Shown piece after piece: positions 1 through 12,755 of a DNA stretch of 64,000 nt. Both the position numbers and the translations under genes were made by a program. The notes under the pieces are model-generated. The model searched no databases. It had not been told where the DNA came from and saw only the letters and a program-made list of their open reading frames with translations. Where the stretch lies: contig CM059433.1 of assembly GCA_030390025.1 (NCBI GenBank), positions 4,340,001 to 4,404,000 on the forward strand, written 5' to 3'. This DNA comes from Squalus acanthias. Its lineage: Eukaryota. Within the stretch, counting starts at the first letter, position 1. Each line of letters begins with the position of its first letter.

Positions 1-1887
1 ACAGGTCGGTCCGATTATTTGTATGTTTAGATACCTACTGTAGCCAGTGCATCGCTATTAATGGCATCTCTTCTCACCCCAACTTCACCTTGGGAATCCT
101 CAAAGGCCCAATCCTTGGCTCCCACCTCTTCCTTGTCTACATGCTGTCTTTGAGACCATCCTCCACAATTATAGGGCCAGCTTTAAGAAGTACACGAAAC
201 AACACCCAGCTCTACATCGCCACCACCTCTTGATCCCTTCACTGCTTCTGTGCTGTCAAACTGTTTGACCGACATCCAATAGAAGATGAGGATAATTTTC
301 CTCTAGCTATACATTGGGAAGACCAAAGCTACCATCTTAGGTCCCCACCACAAACTCCTTACCATTGCCATCAACTCCATCCCCTTCCCTGGCCATTGTC
401 TTAGGTTGAACCAGACCCGACAACCTGTTAACCCAAGCAGAGTTTCCAACCCCATATCCTCTCCACCTCCGTAACATCACTTGCCCCCCCCATCCCCATG
501 TCAGCCCATCTGCTGCCGAAACCCTCATTCATGCTTTGGTCATCTCCAGACACAACGGGCTGGATTTTACTCAGACGAGTTGGGGGCGGGACTGCTGCCT
601 TCCGGGTTCTAGTCCCGCCCCCAGCAATGTCCGACGCACAGACGTTATTTTCTGCTGATTGGTCTTGTTAAGCCCGCCCTGCGGGCTTGCTGGCCAATTA
701 AAGGAAAACTGGTGTCAAATGACATCAGGTGATGACACTTCATCTGCCGGTTTTCTTAAAGGGACATGAAACATTTATTTTTCACAGATGATTTGACAGT
801 ATTGAGGTGCTGTCAAACACTGACAATCACTGTACAAAGGTGAGCCCTTGTACCCAGGCTCTCTAATGACACTCTCCTTAGGATAAAACAGATGGCAGCT
901 GCAGGTGAGGGTACAGAAGCCATCTGTCACTTCTCCCGATGAGATGAGGCTACACAAACACTTCAAAGCTCGTCACCTACAGAAAAATCTAAACACATTA
1001 AAAATGACTTTCCCAACATTTCCTTACCTCTGATACTCACCAGTGTCCCACTGCATCCTTCACACCACTCCTGCAGTTGTCATCTATACACAAACATGAC
1101 AACAGACCCACAGCACGCCTCACTTACCCTGGCGGGTTCCCCGACATCAAGAAGCCCGCAGCAGAAGTCTAAAAATTGGGGAAAAAGCCTCTTAACTGCC
1201 TGTTAACTACCTGTTAACAGGCAGTTAAGTGGCTATAATTCTCTTCCCGCCACTAGGAGTCGGGTCCCTGCGCAAATCGGGGACCCGACTCCCGGGAAGA
1301 TTGGTTGGAGGTGGGTTGGGAGCGGGTTCGGGACCCGCTCCCATTCTTTTTGACTTTTCCGTCAGTCCCGCCTCCTCAGGGCTGGTAAAATCCAGCCCAA
1401 TGACTCCAACGCTCTCCAGCTGACTTCCCATCCTCCAACTTCCAGAAACCTCAGCTCATCTAAAATTCTTCTGCCCGTATCTTATCTTGCACCAAGTCCT
1501 GTTCACCCATCACAATTGTCTCTTGCTGCCCTACATTGGCTTCCGGTCCTCCAAAGCCACAAATTTAAAATTAATTTTGTGTTTAAATCGCTTCTTGGCC
1601 TCACTCCTCCCTATTTCTGTAACCTCCTCCAACCCTCTCCGAACGCTCCATTCCTCTGATTTGGCCTCTTGTGCATCTCCCCTTCCTCCTTTGCTCATTA
1701 TTGGAACCCCAATCCTAAAACCTCTCTGCCTCTCTGCCACCTTCTCCTCCTTGAAGACACTCCTTAAAACCCATCTCTAACCAACTTTTGTTCAACCCTC
1801 CTAATCTATTTTTCTTGGCCTCTGTCCATTTTTCCTTAAACCTCAAACATTTTTCTATGTTAAAGGCAGTATATAAATGCTGTTGTT
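1..1887 (+). mobile_element. Old degenerate L2-clade LINE 3' part, interrupted by a DNA transposon at 557-1398
   Basis: Degenerate RT sequence homologous to the L2 copy at 46647-48368. 3' tail ggcagtatataaatgctgttgtt. Confidence 0.75.
557..1398. mobile_element. Non-autonomous PIF/Harbinger-type DNA transposon
   Basis: Perfect 14-bp TIR gggctggattttac / gtaaaatccagccc. Flanks aac/aat are an imperfect 3-bp TSD. L2 sequence resumes on both sides. Confidence 0.8.
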
Positions 1888-1952
1888 AAAGATAGATGAA
1901 CTCTAGAACCAGTAGTGGACACAGAGTCTCAAACATTTTATAATATTCTGCT

Positions 1953-1958
1953 TTTATT
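1953..1958 (-). promoter_or_regulatory. Candidate LPIN1 polyadenylation signal AATAAA (implies ~2.8 kb 3' UTR)
   Basis: tttatt on + strand, followed on - strand by a GT-rich stretch just before the L2 element. First canonical AATAAA I noticed downstream of the stop; ATTAAA variants occur earlier. Confidence 0.4.
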
Positions 1959-2997
1959 GACATTCTTATTTATCTACATGGTGTAACATTATTTTACTTA
2001 CAGTAACATTGCAATTCATGGTTGTGTGATGATAGTTGTAATAATCGTAACAAAAACAACAGATTTGAAAGCAAAGCTTCAATTATTTATCTTTCATAGA
2101 AAGAAAATACTCTTTACATTACGCTCTGGGCCTGATTCTCCCCATTTTAGGTACAACTAAAAAATCAGGTACAACTTGCATGCATCACAAGAATGGTACT
2201 TTCCAATTTGTGACCATGATATCAGAAAATGAAAGATAAAATACAAAATATTCAATTATGGATGCATTATACTTGTGCTATGCCAGAGGTCTTTTTTGTT
2301 GACTCACTTTACATCTCCCCTTCCCGATCCGGTGAGTTAGTTGTCCTCCTGAATTAAAAGGAGTTTTAAAAGTTTCTTTGTTGTGGAGATAATACATTAA
2401 TGTGGAAGAGACTCGGTCTAATGAGATACAATGAGCTCAATGTACAAGATTTTCCTTTCCAGTTAAATAAAATCGTAAAATGTCTCTGCACACAGTTGAG
2501 TCCATTTCCAGATTTTTTAAATATGCACTTTGATTGTTGGATCTTTACTGCACCCAGGATGGTTGGAGGGAGCTTGAAGAAGTTCACCCTCCCACCAAAT
2601 GCCACGGTTCAGCTCTTGGCACAGGACAGGGAGCAAAAATACTAATAACGCTTGCGTAGGGGGCAATAATCCTGAATTACAGCCTGCAACAAGGGCAATA
2701 ATCCCACTGCACTGATCTAAACGGCATCTGTACCCTTACATCAAAGTGAAGATATAGGCCTGTGTTCCAACGATCATGTAATCATACTTGAAAATAAAAA
2801 CTTCTGCAAGGAGTCTAACTGCAAAACATTGAAGCATTTATATCAGTAGCATGACATATTTGCTATATATTTTCCAGAAAATTAAAGCAATCATATGCAA
2901 CAATTGTACTCATAAATTAAAAATACAAAAAAAGATTATTTGTCCTCAGAGCAATGCTTTAATCAAATAATTGTCTTACAGTTTTAAAGATCTATCA

Positions 2998-3150
2998 GCA
3001 GCCTCTCGTTGGCTTAGTGAGCAAATGCACAGAGCAAGGAGGTCCCAGGTTCAATGTGCACTGTGTGCTGAACCGGGGCAGAGTTGGAGCACCACAGTTG
3101 GCTTCAGCGCTCCTTAGTAACGGAAAACGAAAATGTCTGAGGTTTTTGCA
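2998..3150 (+). mobile_element. Ancient tRNA-derived SINE fragment (LF-SINE-like)
   Basis: A-box-like tggcttagtg and B-box-like ggttcaat, followed by tgtgctga..ccggggcag..ttggagcaccacagttggcttcagcgc resembling the LF-SINE body (recalled consensus). Confidence 0.5.
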
Positions 3151-3638
3151 GTTGGTGGTTAACCATTACTCCTGCAGAGGTGCCCGAGGGGGGCCGGGGG
3201 GCACGTAAACAGCAGCGGACAGCCGCACAGCTGTAGCCCAGCAGGAGTCACTGCCCCCATGAGAGAGAAAGCGGTGGAAGCGTGCGGGGGTGGTGGGAGA
3301 AAAACATCTGGTGAAGACAAATGATGAAGTTACTCGAGCCTTTGAAAGCAGCATTGTTTACCGACGCATTAAGCAAGCCAGATCTAAAGCAAAGGGTTTG
3401 GACTTAATCAAGCCAATTATCAAAAGTGCATACTATAAATAATTAAAATTCTACATTTGTTGAGGAAAAAAAAACGTGAAAAAAATATTACATTTGATCG
3501 AAGATCACAAAAACAATTTTCTCACAAAATGATGAGTGCTTAATAGTGGAGAGTGATCTTAAAGTAGCTGCGGCCTCGACTTGGAACAGATGGTACATTA
3601 AATGTTAATAACAAAAACAGCTGCTTCACAAGAAACCT

Positions 3639-4484
3639 GGGTGGGGGGGATTTGGTTGATTAGCGCCTCCCGTTAGTGCCCTAATGGGGCGCAAAGCAAC
3701 TAGTGCCCGGGCGCGGCGATGTTTGCGTCGCTCGCGAAATTGACCAGACATTTTGCGGCGGCGCTAAACACTACCGCCACGATCTCCTGCGCCCGCAGAT
3801 CGTGACGTCAGTCGAGCGTGCAACGCCCCGGACCGGATATTGAGTGGCTCGCCCGCCGCTAGCAACGACAGGTTGAGGGGAGCATTTTGCAGTCGGGAAG
3901 GGACTGGGGGAGCGCTATTTAAAGACGACCGCTCCCTGCCTTTTTTTGTCGGCGACATTTTTGCACCACACATTCTGAGAGAGAGATAGAGTCTTCTGGA
4001 GAGATTCAACACTGTGTGAAGGAGTTTTGGGTACTGAGCAGCACTTTGCAGGTTCATTTTGATTTGACCTTCCTTGCATCAATTTAGAAGAGACTATGGG
4101 GGCTGCACTCTGAGCTCTTTCCCTGGGCCTCTCCATTGTTCTTTCCAGCAGATTTGATGTGCAGGTCCCTCCAGGCCGAGATTCAAGGTTGCAATGAGCA
4201 GGGTGTGGATGGAGAGCAAGATCGACCCTCCCCTTTAAGAACTGGCCGGCGCCAGTTTGTCTGTGTTCCATTGCTGACTGACATCACCTGAGCTTCGAGG
4301 TAGCGCCTCGCTCCTCGGCGTTAGCACCTTGAGAGGTGTGTAGCGCCTGATTTAGCGCTCAAATCACCTCCAGAGGCGATAGAAGCCAAGTTTGCAGTCG
4401 GAGGCGATAATTAGCGCCAGGCGCTAAACTTTGCGCCCGGCCGATAATTGCGCCCCAAACGGGGCGATACCGAATTTCTCCCCC
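3639..4484. mobile_element. GC-rich non-autonomous Harbinger-like element in putative LPIN1 3' UTR
   Basis: CpG-rich island in AT-rich context. Degenerate G-rich TIRs (gggggatttgg / ccgaatttctcccc), repeated subterminal tagcgcc motifs, cct flanks. Confidence 0.55.
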
Positions 4485-4730
4485 CTGGTGTTTAAGATGC
4501 AACACACCTCCATCAATGGTGTCACTCTTAGTCTGTAACCGTGTCCATTCAGAAGAACAGTTGATGGAGTAAAATGCTCGAGTGATAGGATAGCAGCTTT
4601 CCTGCCCCCATAAAGCCAGGGAGGATGAACACTACCTTACTTTCAGCTTATAACAAGGCGAGCAATGGCCGCTAGCACTTTAAAAAAAAAAGGGTTAAAA
4701 AAAAAATCAATTTACAAGGTGCAGTCGTGT

Positions 4731-4890
4731 TTAATCCTGAGAAGCTTGAAGGTCCCGGCTCTCCACAGGTGGCAGCTGCTCTCTCCAGAATGTGAACTGG
4801 CTGTAGGTATCGGAACAAGGGAAGTCGGAAGAATGCTCTCTCTTGAGCAGAGGGAACACATGATCAACTATTTCACTCAGCCTTACGTAA
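4731..4890 (-). CDS. LPIN1: Lipin-1 terminal coding exon (YVRLSEIVDHVFPLLKREHSSDFPCSDTYSQFTFWREQLPP...QD*)
   Basis: ttccag acceptor, TAA stop at 4731-4733. HSSDFPCSDT..FTFWRE matches the lipin-1 rather than the lipin-2/3 C-terminus. Confidence 0.97.
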
Positions 4891-5040
4891 CTGGAAAAAG
4901 AAACAGTAGAGTTCTGCATGAGAAACTGAATACACCATCACATTAACACATTTAAGGCTGTGCAAGCAGAGCATTTACTGGTTTGTCTCTCTCTCTGTGT
5001 GCATGCATTCCGAAAATAGTATATTATGTCTGAATTTAGG

Positions 5041-5573
5041 CACAAGTCAGGAGTGTGATGGAATACTCTCCACTTGCCTGGATGAGTGCAGCTCCAACAA
5101 CACTCGAGAAGCTCGACACCATCCAGGACAAAGCAGCCCGCTTGATTGGCACCCCATCCACCACCTTAAACATTCACTCCCTCCACCACCGGCGCACCGT
5201 GGCTGCAGTGTGTACCATCTACAAGATGCACTGCAGCAACTCGCCAAGGCTTCTTCGGCAGCACCTCCCAAACCCGCAACCTCTACCACCTAGAAGGACA
5301 AGGGCAGCAGGTGCATGGGAACACCACCACCTCCAGGTTCCCCTCCAAGTCACACATCATCCTGACTTAGAAGTATATCGGCCGATCCTTCATCGTCGCT
5401 GGGTCAAAATCCTGGAACTCACTCCCTAACAGCACTGTGGGAGTACCTTCACCACACGGACTGCAGTGGTTCAAGGCGGCGGCTCACCACCACCTTCTCG
5501 AGGGGATTTAGGGATGGGCAATAAATGCTGGCCTTGCCAGTGACGCCCACATCCCGTGAACAAATAAAAAAAA
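5041..5573 (+). mobile_element. HER1-type (shark CR1-group) LINE 3' fragment
   Basis: ORF MEYSPLAWMSAAPTTL..IHSLHHRRTVAAVC. 3' tail ccttgccagtgacgcccacatccc..aaataaaaaaaa shared with other copies in the window. Confidence 0.85.
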
Positions 5574-6409
5574 TCTATGTGGTGTGTGCCTCAGTAAGAC
5601 CATGTCTTCATTGTGCAGGTTGTCCCTCTGTTTTGAGGGAATTATGAGTGTTGGGTGAAAGTCCCGAATAAAAGGCAGTCAAGATTTTCCTTTTCTGTTC
5701 TGTGGTGGTTTTTCATTTGTCTATCCCATCTCCACATGCCACGAACCCACCAAGGTTGGAAAAATCCAGCCCAATGTGTTTTATTCAGACTAGAGAATTA
5801 GACTGGCTAATGTTTGCGGGGGAGGGAGTGTCGGAATCCAGAATTAATGCTCGTTACTACCAGGGGATCTGTATTTAATTAAATATAAAGTTTAAATTTA
5901 ATTACAGTAGGTTAAATACTTGCTAAAAACATCATTTTAATTCCACCATTTCATTCTGATGAATATTTTGATGCTTTTTAAATCAGAAATGTGGGCATTC
6001 GCTTTGCGTTTTTAGAAATTTCTTACTCAAAGAATAATTTTTTATGAATATCTAGAAATTAAACAGTTAGTGTCCAGTCACAGGTGGAGGTTGGGTGAGA
6101 GGACCAAGCACCAAGAAGATCAGACAATAATGGCACGACCAACCGCAACCAAATGTACATCAAGAGTGCTACATTTATAAAATATCCTAGATGTACCTAC
6201 TGGGGGCGGTGGGGAGAATCAAAGCCCTGATTTGGCGGACTTAGCTTAGCACAGTTGGAACAATGTCCTCCAGTGCCACACCGCCATTTGCATCAGGCTT
6301 AAAATAGCAACACGATCAGCAATTTAAAAGTTGAATGAGTATATTATTTCGTTTTGGTTGAGTCATGACATACAAAATTGGCCACCCTCACAGTGATTGG
6401 TGGGGACAG

Positions 6410-6560
6410 TCGATAGATTGTTGGACTCCAGGGGAATCGAGGGATATGGAGATCGGGCGGGAAAGTGGAGTTGAGGTCGAAGATCAGCCATGATCTTATT
6501 GAATGGCGGAGCAGGCGCGAGGGGCCGTATGGCCCACTCCTGCTCCTATTTATGTTCTTA
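6410..6560 (+). mobile_element. CR1 LINE 3' tail fragment
   Basis: gatcagccatgatcttattgaatggcggagcagg..ctcctgctcctat tail common to the CR1 copies. Confidence 0.75.
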
Positions 6561-6863
6561 AGCTGCGCAGCCTAAATAAAGAATAAGAGGGTACATTGGT
6601 CACAAGTCCCCTGACATCCCCCCCCCCGACCCCCCCTCCCCACCCTCACACTGGTTCTGCCCATAGCAACGCTGGTTTCCAGGAGTCAACAGGCATCCCA
6701 TGCAATCTGTGTTGCTATGGCACAAATGATAGTAACATGCGGGCAGGTGTATTGAAGGTCAGCATCAGGCAATCCACTGGGCTGGGAAAAGGGCAGGAAG
6801 ACAGCGTAGCATGTCCCCATCCAATTCCATGCCCCTGCCTACCCAAGCTGCACCCAGGGAAGA

Positions 6864-7045
6864 CAGACGGGGCCTCAGTTTAACGTGTCATAAGGAGGAC
6901 GGCACCTCCGACAGTGCAGCACTCCCTCAGTACTGCAACTGAAGTCTCAGCCTGGATTATGTGCTCAAGTCTCTGGAGTGCGGCTTGAACCCACGACCTT
7001 CTAGCTCAGAGGTCGGGGGGGCTACCCACTGAGCCAAAGCTGACA
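6864..7045 (-). mobile_element. SacSINE1/DeuSINE-type tRNA SINE, 5' fragment
   Basis: Reverse complement of the 5' tRNA-like head and Deu-domain start of the 41687 copy. Confidence 0.75.
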
Positions 7046-7397
7046 TATAAATATAGAAATGTTATGTTGTAAGGTTTTTATATGAATAAAAGGAATGCAA
7101 GTTAAATTAATGTGAAGTTTCTGAACTAATTTAATATATTTATAGAGAATAACTGATTTGTGTTTCACTATAATGTGTATGGAGTATTTTATACATTAGA
7201 TTTTTATATTTGTACAGATTGTGTGCTGGGGCGGGAGGGGAGGGTTGCTTTTATGTTGGTGAGTGTTTAAATGTGTAAATATCAGGAGGCATTCGGGAAT
7301 GGGGCATATTTTACAATGCAGGTTTCTGACGGAGAAAGATTCCCAGATTGCTGATTTTCCATCCATTGATTTCAAGTGAACCATGAACCCAACCTTC

Positions 7398-7700
7398 ATA
7401 AGGGGGCATAATTTCAGAATAAGGGGGCACCCTTTTAAATCGGAAATAGGAGGAATTTCTTCTCTCAGAGGGTCGTGAATCTTTGGAATTCTCTTCCCCA
7501 GAGAGCTGTGGAGGCTGGTTTATTGAATATATTTAAGGTGGAGATGGACAGATTTTTGAATGGTAAGGGAGTCAAGGGTTATGGGGAGCGGGCAGGGAAG
7601 TGGAGTTGAGGCCAAGATCAGATCAGTCATGATCTTATTGAATGGCGGAGCAGGCTCGAGGGGCCAAATGACCGACTCCTGCTCCTACATCTTATGTTCT
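7398..7700 (+). mobile_element. CR1 LINE 3' fragment
   Basis: aggaatttcttctctcagagggtcgtgaatctttggaattc (RNFFSQRVVNLWN) plus CR1 tail. Confidence 0.8.
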
Positions 7701-7755
7701 TGTGTATATTCTTCGTCCCGATGCTCCAATCAGTGCTCCGGCCACACACCGCTCA

Positions 7756-7770
7756 TCACCAGGGGGCGCT
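7756..7770 (+). promoter_or_regulatory. CTCF-motif match
   Basis: tcaccagggggcgct vs core consensus CCASYAGRKGGCRS. Confidence 0.45.
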
Positions 7771-9562
7771 CTATTCCTAAATATGTCCCTGTGGAAGATT
7801 TGTTTTTGATCGGGAAATGATTGTTTTGGAGTTTGCTATGCGAGTGTCGAGCTTAATTTGCACAGGCAGGAGGAAGAGGGTTGGCAAGTTTGGGTTAAGT
7901 GGTTGGAACATTAATCGAGGGAGGAGCAGAAAAGAATACAGGTGCAGGCAGGCTGGTGACGGCGAGTGGGAGAGAGATTAGTGGTGACAAGTGGGAGTTT
8001 GGGTTAAATGACATGGATGGTGAAAGGTTGGTGATAAAGGGGAAGGGGAGTTAGAGCACTGCCGAGTTTGGTGCTGGGCACGAGGAGAGATTGGTGGGAT
8101 GAAGTGTGAGTCAGCACAGGAGAGTCAGGGTGCTAAAGAAAGAGAGAAAGGTGAAAGGAAAGGAACGGAGGAAACATTTTCTAAAAAATTGGGATTCAAG
8201 TTTTGGTAAAAGTTAGGAATGCATTTCTGGGTTAAGGGAGGATTCAGCATCAGGTCACTGGATATTCAATTAGCAGGAGGGGACATCCCGTGATCTGGGA
8301 TTTGTTTGTGGGGATACAGTAAGAGTGGGATTACGGGGTGTGGCAGAGATGGGAAGGTGGAACTGGCATTGTGGGATTTAGGAGCACTGAAGGTGGTTTC
8401 ATGATACGGGAATGCTAAGTGGGAGGTTATGGGATGATGTAGTTGTACAGACATTGGGTGTTGGAGTATTGGGAGTGTGCAGTGAATGGGAATGAGCGAG
8501 TATGGGAAGGAGGTTTCAGGGTACTTAAACTGGGAGAGCAATCCTGGGATGTTCGAGATCAGAGGGGATACCGGCATTTGGGAATATCGTGAAAGGGAGA
8601 TCAGGGTGTGATGCAAGTGGGAGGGGTTTATTGGGATTTTCAGGGTTGGGGGGGTGGAAGTGTCAGAAGAGGAGTCATGGGGTATGGGAACACTGCAATT
8701 GGGTGGGGGGTGAGGTGGATGTAGTGGGACAGGGTTCTAAAGTCTGGGAGTAGTGTGTTGGGGTGTGGCAGTGATGGGAAGGTGCTGCTGGGGTGAGATA
8801 TTCTGATCTGGGTCTACTGGGGTGAGGTTCCTAGGATGTGGTAGAACTGGGAGCAGGGGTCATGTGATCTGGCAGCATTGGCTTGGATGCGATGGTCTGT
8901 GTCAATTAGGCGAATTGCAGTACCAGGCAATACTTCAGAAGGGAGTACCAAAGGTACAGGGTGGTGGGAGAGGGTGGGGGTTCTCGGTGTGGGGGAAACT
9001 GCCTAACAATTGAGGGTTTTGTGAGGGACTGTTGGGATTGGGTACTTGGTGAGGGATAAAGGGCAGGGCAGTAAAACACAGCAAGAGGAAGCGGGTGGGG
9101 CGGGGTGGGGTGGGGAGGGGGGAGGTACTGTTGCTTGGAATGGGAGTAGCAAGATGTGGCAGTAGTGAGCGTAGAGTGGCAAGCAGGGTAGTTGGCACAG
9201 GAGTTGTGACAGATGGCAGGGAGCAGGAAAAGGCAAGGCCACTCAGGGTGGCAAGAGGCTGTAGAAGTGAACGGGGATGGTACAGCGCTTGGGGTGGGTG
9301 GGTGGGGGGGCAGTAAGACACAGTAGGAGAGATCAGAGAAAGGCATGGCTGCTTAGTGGGTCCAGTGAGATATATGTAGAAGGAAGTGTGGTAGAGGGTT
9401 TAAGAAAAGAAAGGGAAAATGCGTTCAAGCATTAGGAAATGCATTATCGGGCCTGAATGCTATGTGCAAAATATTTGAAGTAATCAACAATTTAGTTAAA
9501 GCAGAATTCTTGAAAAAAAAATACACATCTCCAATAAATTAAAGAAATGAGCGTCTACTCAC

Positions 9563-9666
9563 GATGAAACGTTGGTCTTTGCATGCTCCTGTATTAGTTC
9601 GCCTTTAGGATTGACTGTAAAAATTCTATTTATTGGGACACCGACTTGTTTATAGGAGTAAACATC
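9563..9666 (-). CDS. LPIN1: Lipin-1 C-LIP exon ([34 protein letters not shown])
   Basis: 104 nt, ctacag/gtgagt. Confidence 0.98.
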
Positions 9667-11532
9667 CTGTAGAAAAAAAGAAAAAACTTGTATCGAGTGT
9701 TTATGATCTTAGGTCATGTTTTGTGCTATTCACTTACACCTGTGTAATCCAGGTCTAAAGCTGCAGATGACATGTTTCTGATGATCTGTATCACCCTTGG
9801 AAGTTTATTCATTCAGAATACAATTTAGGAGGGAATTAGAATACTCACAGATGAAATAAAGATAATTAAACGGTCATTAAAAAAAAATCTGGAGCGTTTA
9901 AATACTTATAAGGCACCAAGGCTCGATGAGCACCAGAAAATACATTAAAACAGCCCCGAACAAATGAAATATTTTTTCTTAAAACTTTAAACAAAGATGG
10001 TCCACCATGGTGATGTGTTGCAGGGATCTTCTCAGAACTGGGAGTAAATTAGGTGCAGAGGAGTTTTCTTGGGTATGAGTGACAGGTTGAGAAAGCTCCC
10101 ACTTGCTTGCAGCGCCAGTGTCTTACTGGAGCTCTTGTGTGTCCCTGCTGTGACACCTGCTCTCAGAGAGGAAGCCAAGGCTGATAGTGACAAGTCGATT
10201 CAGAACAGCCAGAACTGCCTGGCACACCCACACATACTTGTGCCTACAGCCCCGGTCTCTGCCACACGTATGTGGAAAAAAAATTAAAATGGGCAAACGA
10301 CAGGTCTCACAGTCAGCAATCTCACCCACCATTCTCGCCTCTTAATTATTCTTAAAAAAAAAATTGCAACTGCGTATTTTTAGATACCGGGATTCCCTAA
10401 AGAGAGCTGCAAAAAAAACGGTTTGAAATAGCTAATTTTATACATTGTTAACAAATGCTAAATCCGCTTTTAAACTTGCAAAGGACGCTGCAAAAAAAAA
10501 AGCTGCTGGCTGTTGGTTTCAATTTAACACCGTCTTGCAACACAGACGGGCATTACATCAGGAGAGTATATTCTTTTATTTTAAATATGTCATATGAAGT
10601 ACTAGACACAATCAAAATATTTACATGCAAGTCACAAAGTCTACACCAAAATGATGGAAGATGCACCAAATAAGAGAGAGGGTCAGAAATCACATTTTCA
10701 GTCTGGGGAGAACGAGCGTATCCCTGGAAACTAAATCTCATACCTTCAGCACAAATATTCTCCTTCAGAAATGTCTAAGTCCACCTCTGTTCACAATTAC
10801 ACGTTGTTAATATAAAGAAGGACAGCCACCCAGCCCGATGAACGCTAACTCTGAATGTTGTATTCAAAACCGAAAAGGTAAATTCTGCATTTCAATAGGC
10901 AATGTAACAGACATTGACTTGAGTGCAGAAACAGAAGAGGTGAAACATGGCGAGTGGCCCTAAACAGGAACAGAAGAGACTGAGAACGGTCAAGCCGCTA
11001 TCCTGCCAGTTACACGGTGATGGCCCCGCCAGGGCCCTCCAGTTTACCGGCGGGCGCCTCGTTCGCATGTCACTAGCGGGTCCCAGGCAGCGCGTGAGCC
11101 CCCATCCAGTGAGGGCCATGTGAACCGCTCTGGAGGCCGATGCACTTCATTGCACTTGGTGTACCAGCCGTCAAACATAGGCCGAGTCCCACAGGAGCTA
11201 GGATAGCAGGTCCCGGCGAAGGGAGTTTCTGCCCCCCACCAGCCCCTTAACTGCAGTAGCCTTTTAAAAGGAGCAGGCAGATAAGGACGACTGGGAAATC
11301 CAGCGTTGGTCGGGATCTGCCGTATCTGGGTCCCCGCCGACTTCTGTGCTGTTCTGCCCGACGTCTGATGGAGTTACGGCGGGAGTTTGCTGGAACAGCT
11401 GCATAAATTCCGCCCCAAATGATCGGAATAAGCTGGGTAAGCGGAATGTTATTATTCCCTTATAATTACGTAAAATGTATCGGATGAGAAAATGCCATTC
11501 AGCCCATCAAGCAGGCTACTTTCATTGTACTA

Positions 11533-11860
11533 TCCACAACCCCCCCCCGCCCACCCCCCCGAGATATCTGCGCTCCTCTAATTCTGCCCTCTTGAGCATC
11601 CCCGATTATAACCGCTCAACCTTTGGTGGCCGTGCCTTCTGTTGCCTAGGCCCCAAACTCTGGAATTCCCTGCCTAAACCCCTTCACCTCTCTACCTCTC
11701 TTTCCTCCTTTAAGACGCTCCTTAAAACCTACCTCTTTGACCGAGCTTTTGGTCACCTGCCCTAATTTATCCTTATGTGGCTCGGTGTCAAATTTTTTGT
11801 CTTAAAATACTCCCGTTTTACTATGTTAAAGGCGCTATATAAATACAAGTGGTTGTTGTT
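11533..11860 (+). mobile_element. L2 LINE 3' fragment
   Basis: RYLRSSNSALLSIP...KTYLFD. 3' tail ggcgctatataaatacaag(t/g)gttgttgtt. Confidence 0.85.
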
Positions 11861-11890
11861 TGTGCTTCAGTGGACAGGGTTTTGACTTAC

Positions 11891-12005
11891 ATTGGATCGG
11901 TTTCCAAAAGCACCATAGAAGGGCTCTTTATTCGGGTAAAAGAGGTTCCTGATGTCGGTTAGGCACTGGATCTTAAACTTTTCAGGCTTCTTTTCAATTA
12001 CTTCT
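11891..12005 (-). CDS. LPIN1: Lipin-1 C-LIP exon ([22 protein letters not shown]...[10 protein letters not shown])
   Basis: 115 nt, tttcag/gtaagt, conserved KKPEKFK and AFGNR. Confidence 0.98.
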
Positions 12006-12560
12006 CTGAAATGAAAAATGATCAATGAATATACACGGATAACAATTTGTGAAATCACTTGAAATGGAATTGTAAACTTGAAGGATCAGGGGAGCTTGAA
12101 CATTAAAAGTTGGTTTTAGACAAAATAAAATTACAATAATCAGAACTTTATCAAAAAGCTGCACTGAGTTGCCCATTTCCATTTTAATATTTGGCTTCCG
12201 TACAACAGATGTCATTTTAATGAATTAATGCATCTAATTCGAACCCACACTCAACCATTTTCAGATTAACAAATCTAAATCTATTCAGCATCAGACTTCT
12301 AGCACTCAAATTAAATTTGAAAGGAGAGAGAGTGATTCTGCTCAGTCCAAGCCGATATTAATAGCAGACACTGTGGCAGCAATATCAACATCCAGTCGCA
12401 ATTTTTTGAACGCGATTTAGGAAGGGGTTACAAATTTTGGTCTTCACGTGGGTTCTGGATTTTCAACGTGAATCACACTGGCTGCTGAAAAGATCCATTT
12501 ACATGAAAAGTGGAATTGAAAAAAGAGAGGCATTAATAAAAGCAATACAAGGAACATTAC

Positions 12561-12713
12561 CTGTGCAATGCGGAGAACACACTACTGGGACACAGCAACA
12601 AAGGGCCTTTTGGCAACACTGTTCCCTTTTCATTAACCCAGTGCAAATATCCTCGAGTCATGTCGGCCATCCCAATAGCACGTGCAGAGCAATACAGGAA
12701 CTTGTACCCATTT
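12561..12713 (-). CDS. LPIN1: Lipin-1 C-LIP exon ([37 protein letters not shown]...SALH)
   Basis: 153 nt, ctgcag/gtaatg, conserved [16 protein letters not shown]. Confidence 0.98.
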
Positions 12714-12755
12714 CTGCAGAGGAAGATAAAATATTTACAGCACTCAAATGATTAT

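Noticed and set aside
10960..11416. GC-rich patch ending aaattccgcccc (similar patches at ~5640-5772, 34970-37480, 49375-49737)
   Set aside because: Probably one-ended Harbinger-type remnants, but I could not pair TIRs or TSDs, so they are not annotated.
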